25,515 nt of DNA from a virus (lineage: Duplodnaviria; Heunggongvirae; Uroviricota; Caudoviricetes): the IMG/VR virus record IMGVR_UViG_3300032326_001208, positions 64,001-89,515 of that record, one strand, 5' to 3'. Under the pieces are notes generated by a model. That model was given only the letters and a program-made list of their open reading frames with translations, was not told the origin of the DNA and did not search any database. The translations under genes were made by a program, and so were the position numbers. Shown piece by piece: positions 23,755-25,515 of the stretch (positions within the stretch are counted from its first letter, which is position 1; each line of letters opens with the position of its first letter).

Positions 23755-23877
23755 ATGGGAAGTAAAGCAAAGAAACCAAGAGCAATGAGAAGCCGTAGAA
23801 GCGGTATTAAAAAATTAGAATTAGTAAAAGCTAATTTAGCAATTTTAAAGAAATTAGAGAGTGATAAAACTAACTAA
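23755..23877 (+). CDS. 40-aa strongly basic peptide (not in ORF track)
   Basis: MGSKAKKPRAMRSRRSGIKKLELVKANLAILKKLESDKTN; fills the gap after the csgG-like gene. Confidence 0.55.
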   Translation: MGSKAKKPRAMRSRRSGIKKLELVKANLAILKKLESDKTN

Positions 23878-24775
23878 TATATTAAATGAAGGTGTGAGTG
23901 CTAGTGTAGTTACTTGTGATTCATGTAATTGGCATTGGGATATATCCGATGGTGGTACTCAACCTTACCTATGTCACAAATGCGGACATGATAATATGCC
24001 AATTAGCGAAGACCTTCGTAAATGGTTTGGTAGTGGACCAACTGGTGGTTGGGATAGATATAATACCAAAGGTGAAAAGGTTGGAAAATGTGGAGATTCT
24101 AAAAAAGGGTCTGCATATGCAGCCTGTTTATCAAATGCTAAAGCTGATAAATTAGGTAAAGATGGTAGAGCTTCATTTGTAAAAAGAAAAAGAGCTGCGC
24201 AATCTGATGCCGGTGATAGTAAGAAAGGTGGTGAACAAAAGAAAGGACAGAAACCTACATTTGTAAAGACCGGAGCTAGTGAGGGATTGGAAGAAAAATG
24301 GTCTCAAAAATATAAGAACTCAATAAATTGTAGTAACCCAAAAGGTTTCTCACAAAAAGCACATTGTGCTGGTAAAAAGAAAAACGAAATCATGACAATA
24401 GAAGAAAAAATGGAATTATTCTTGGAAAAGAATTGTCCAACTGACCCAGGTAAATGGTCAGCATCTAAAGCAGCCGCTAAAAAGAAGTTTGATGTATATC
24501 CATCAGCATATGCAAATGGATGGGCTGCAAAAAATTACAAATCAAAAGGTGGTGGTTGGAAAGTGTGTAAAGAAAGTGTTATGAAAGAAGTTGAAGTTGG
24601 ACCAGGACATGGAAATGATAGAGATATGGTTGTGGGTGTTGCAGAAATACTTCGTATGGTAGATGATGTGAATAATAGAAAAGAAATAGCAGAAGCTATG
24701 TTAAGAAAGTTCAAATCAGAAGATGTAATACATAATGCAGAAGAGTTTTTAACATTATGTGGAATTTCTTCATAA
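23861..24775 (+). CDS. modular basic protein (Zn ribbon plus several small phage domains), possible internal virion polyprotein
   Basis: GTG start; CxxC...CxxC ribbon; DLRKWF...; KWSQKYKNSINCSNPKGFSQKAHC; KKKFDVYPSAYANGW (DUF5872-like). Confidence 0.75.
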   Translation: MIKLTNILNEGVSASVVTCDSCNWHWDISDGGTQPYLCHKCGHDNMPISEDLRKWFGSGPTGGWDRYNTKGEKVGKCGDSKKGSAYAACLSNAKADKLGKDGRASFVKRKRAAQSDAGDSKKGGEQKKGQKPTFVKTGASEGLEEKWSQKYKNSINCSNPKGFSQKAHCAGKKKNEIMTIEEKMELFLEKNCPTDPGKWSASKAAAKKKFDVYPSAYANGWAAKNYKSKGGGWKVCKESVMKEVEVGPGHGNDRDMVVGVAEILRMVDDVNNRKEIAEAMLRKFKSEDVIHNAEEFLTLCGISS

Positions 24776-24805
24776 TTTGTTAATATTAAAATAACCGATT
24801 TAGAC

Positions 24806-24860
24806 AAACGCTCTCATAGTTATTGAGGAACTAACCTAAAATAACTTTATGAGAGCGTTT
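24806..24860 (+). promoter_or_regulatory. hairpin occluding the TBDR start codon
   Basis: aaacgctctcata (24806-24818) is the exact complement of tatgagagcgttt (24848-24860); gttatt/aataac extends the stem. Confidence 0.75.
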
Positions 24861-25515
24861 CTTTTATTAATGTTACTTCCATTTGTAACGTATTCACAAG
24901 ACACATTATTTTCCAAACAACTATCCACAATTACAGTCCGTTCAGCGGGTAAGAAATCTACAGAAGTAGCTGTAATAACAACCATTCGTAATTCATCCGT
25001 AGTATCGGATGGAGTATCAATAGATTTTATTAAAAAAACACCTGATAGAAATGTAGGTGATGCACTTAAAAGAGTAAGTGGTGTAACAATCCAAAACGAT
25101 AAGTTTGTATTGGTAAGGGGATTGGCAGATAGATATAATTCAGCTATCCTAAACAAAACACTCCTACCATCAACCGAACCTGATAGGAGAGCATTTTCAT
25201 TTGATATAATTCCAACAGCATTAATTGATAACATTATAGTTGCTAAATCAGCATCCGCAAACCAACCAGGTGATTGGAGTGGTGGATTGGTACAAATTAC
25301 AACAAAAGAAGTATCCGATAACTTTTTTAATATCTCATTGGGAAGTGGTTGGGGTTTGGTTTCATCTCTTAAAGATTTTAAGTTAGTTCAAACTACCGAA
25401 TTCCCTTCCACATTCCCATCCACTTACAAATATCGTATTAGTGGTAATGGTGATAAAAGATTATTCACAAAACAATTTAGTAATCCAATTGCAGAAGGAT
25501 TTACATCATCGACAA
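24849..25515 (+). CDS. TonB-dependent receptor, N-terminal plug region (3'-truncated by the window)
   Basis: Not in ORF track; open from ATG 24849 to the end: MRAFLLLMLLPFVTYSQ...IKKTPDRNVGDALKRVSGVTIQNDKFVLVRGLADRYN...FSFDIIPTALIDNIIVAKS...GDWSGGLVQITTK. Confidence 0.9.
   Translation, partial: MRAFLLLMLLPFVTYSQDTLFSKQLSTITVRSAGKKSTEVAVITTIRNSSVVSDGVSIDFIKKTPDRNVGDALKRVSGVTIQNDKFVLVRGLADRYNSAILNKTLLPSTEPDRRAFSFDIIPTALIDNIIVAKSASANQPGDWSGGLVQITTKEVSDNFFNISLGSGWGLVSSLKDFKLVQTTEFPSTFPSTYKYRISGNGDKRLFTKQFSNPIAEGFTSST

Noticed and set aside
14852-24155. Alternate-frame + strand ORFs 14852-15046 and 23916-24155
   Set aside because: Both are nested inside longer, motif-supported genes.
2136-25234. 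Minus-strand ORFs in the track (e.g. 2136-2375, 3418-3741, 7907-8203, 17523-17807, 20140-20547, 23457-23744, 24836-25234)
   Set aside because: They lie antisense to well-supported + strand genes, show typical shadow-frame composition and carry no recognisable motifs.
1-25515. Stop-codon reassignment, CRISPR array, tRNA/rRNA genes, introns or inteins
   Set aside because: Known genes (thyA, uvsE, phoH, hsp20) are full length in the standard code, TAA, TAG and TGA all act as stops, and no spaced repeats or cloverleaf-like segments were seen.

Overview
AT-rich (roughly 30% GC by eye, not computed), densely packed window with all credible genes on the + strand. It reads as part of a large tailed dsDNA phage infecting Bacteroidota. 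The host call rests on five copies of the Bacteroidota housekeeping promoter (TTTG-N20-TAnnTTTG) at identical spacing, A-rich SD-less start regions, Bacteroidota-style lipoproteins and a Bacteroidota-type TonB-dependent receptor. The left 14.6 kb holds typical large-phage accessory and metabolic genes: SF2 helicase C-terminus, DUF3310, PhoH, 5'(3')-deoxyribonucleotidase, HD hydrolase, Hsp20, UV-damage endonuclease, ThyA, cupin, a catalytically eroded peptide-deformylase homologue, a phage sigma-like factor and a ferritin-like protein. The right part (14767-23751) is the main candidate for an undescribed system: an envelope/surface gene cluster bracketed by two CsgG-like proteins. It contains two paralogous secreted cohesin/dockerin-like proteins (one with a C-type lectin domain), two Ig/T9SS-CTD-like lipoproteins, membrane proteins with Ca-binding loops, and a Zn-finger + DUF2589 pair flanked by 45/46-bp direct repeats. 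It is followed by a modular basic protein resembling a protease-processed head polyprotein and by a TBDR whose start codon lies inside a strong hairpin. A second promoter-like motif (ATATTTAT) recurs in intergenic gaps, often right after terminators. All family assignments come from motif recognition by eye; no database searches were run.
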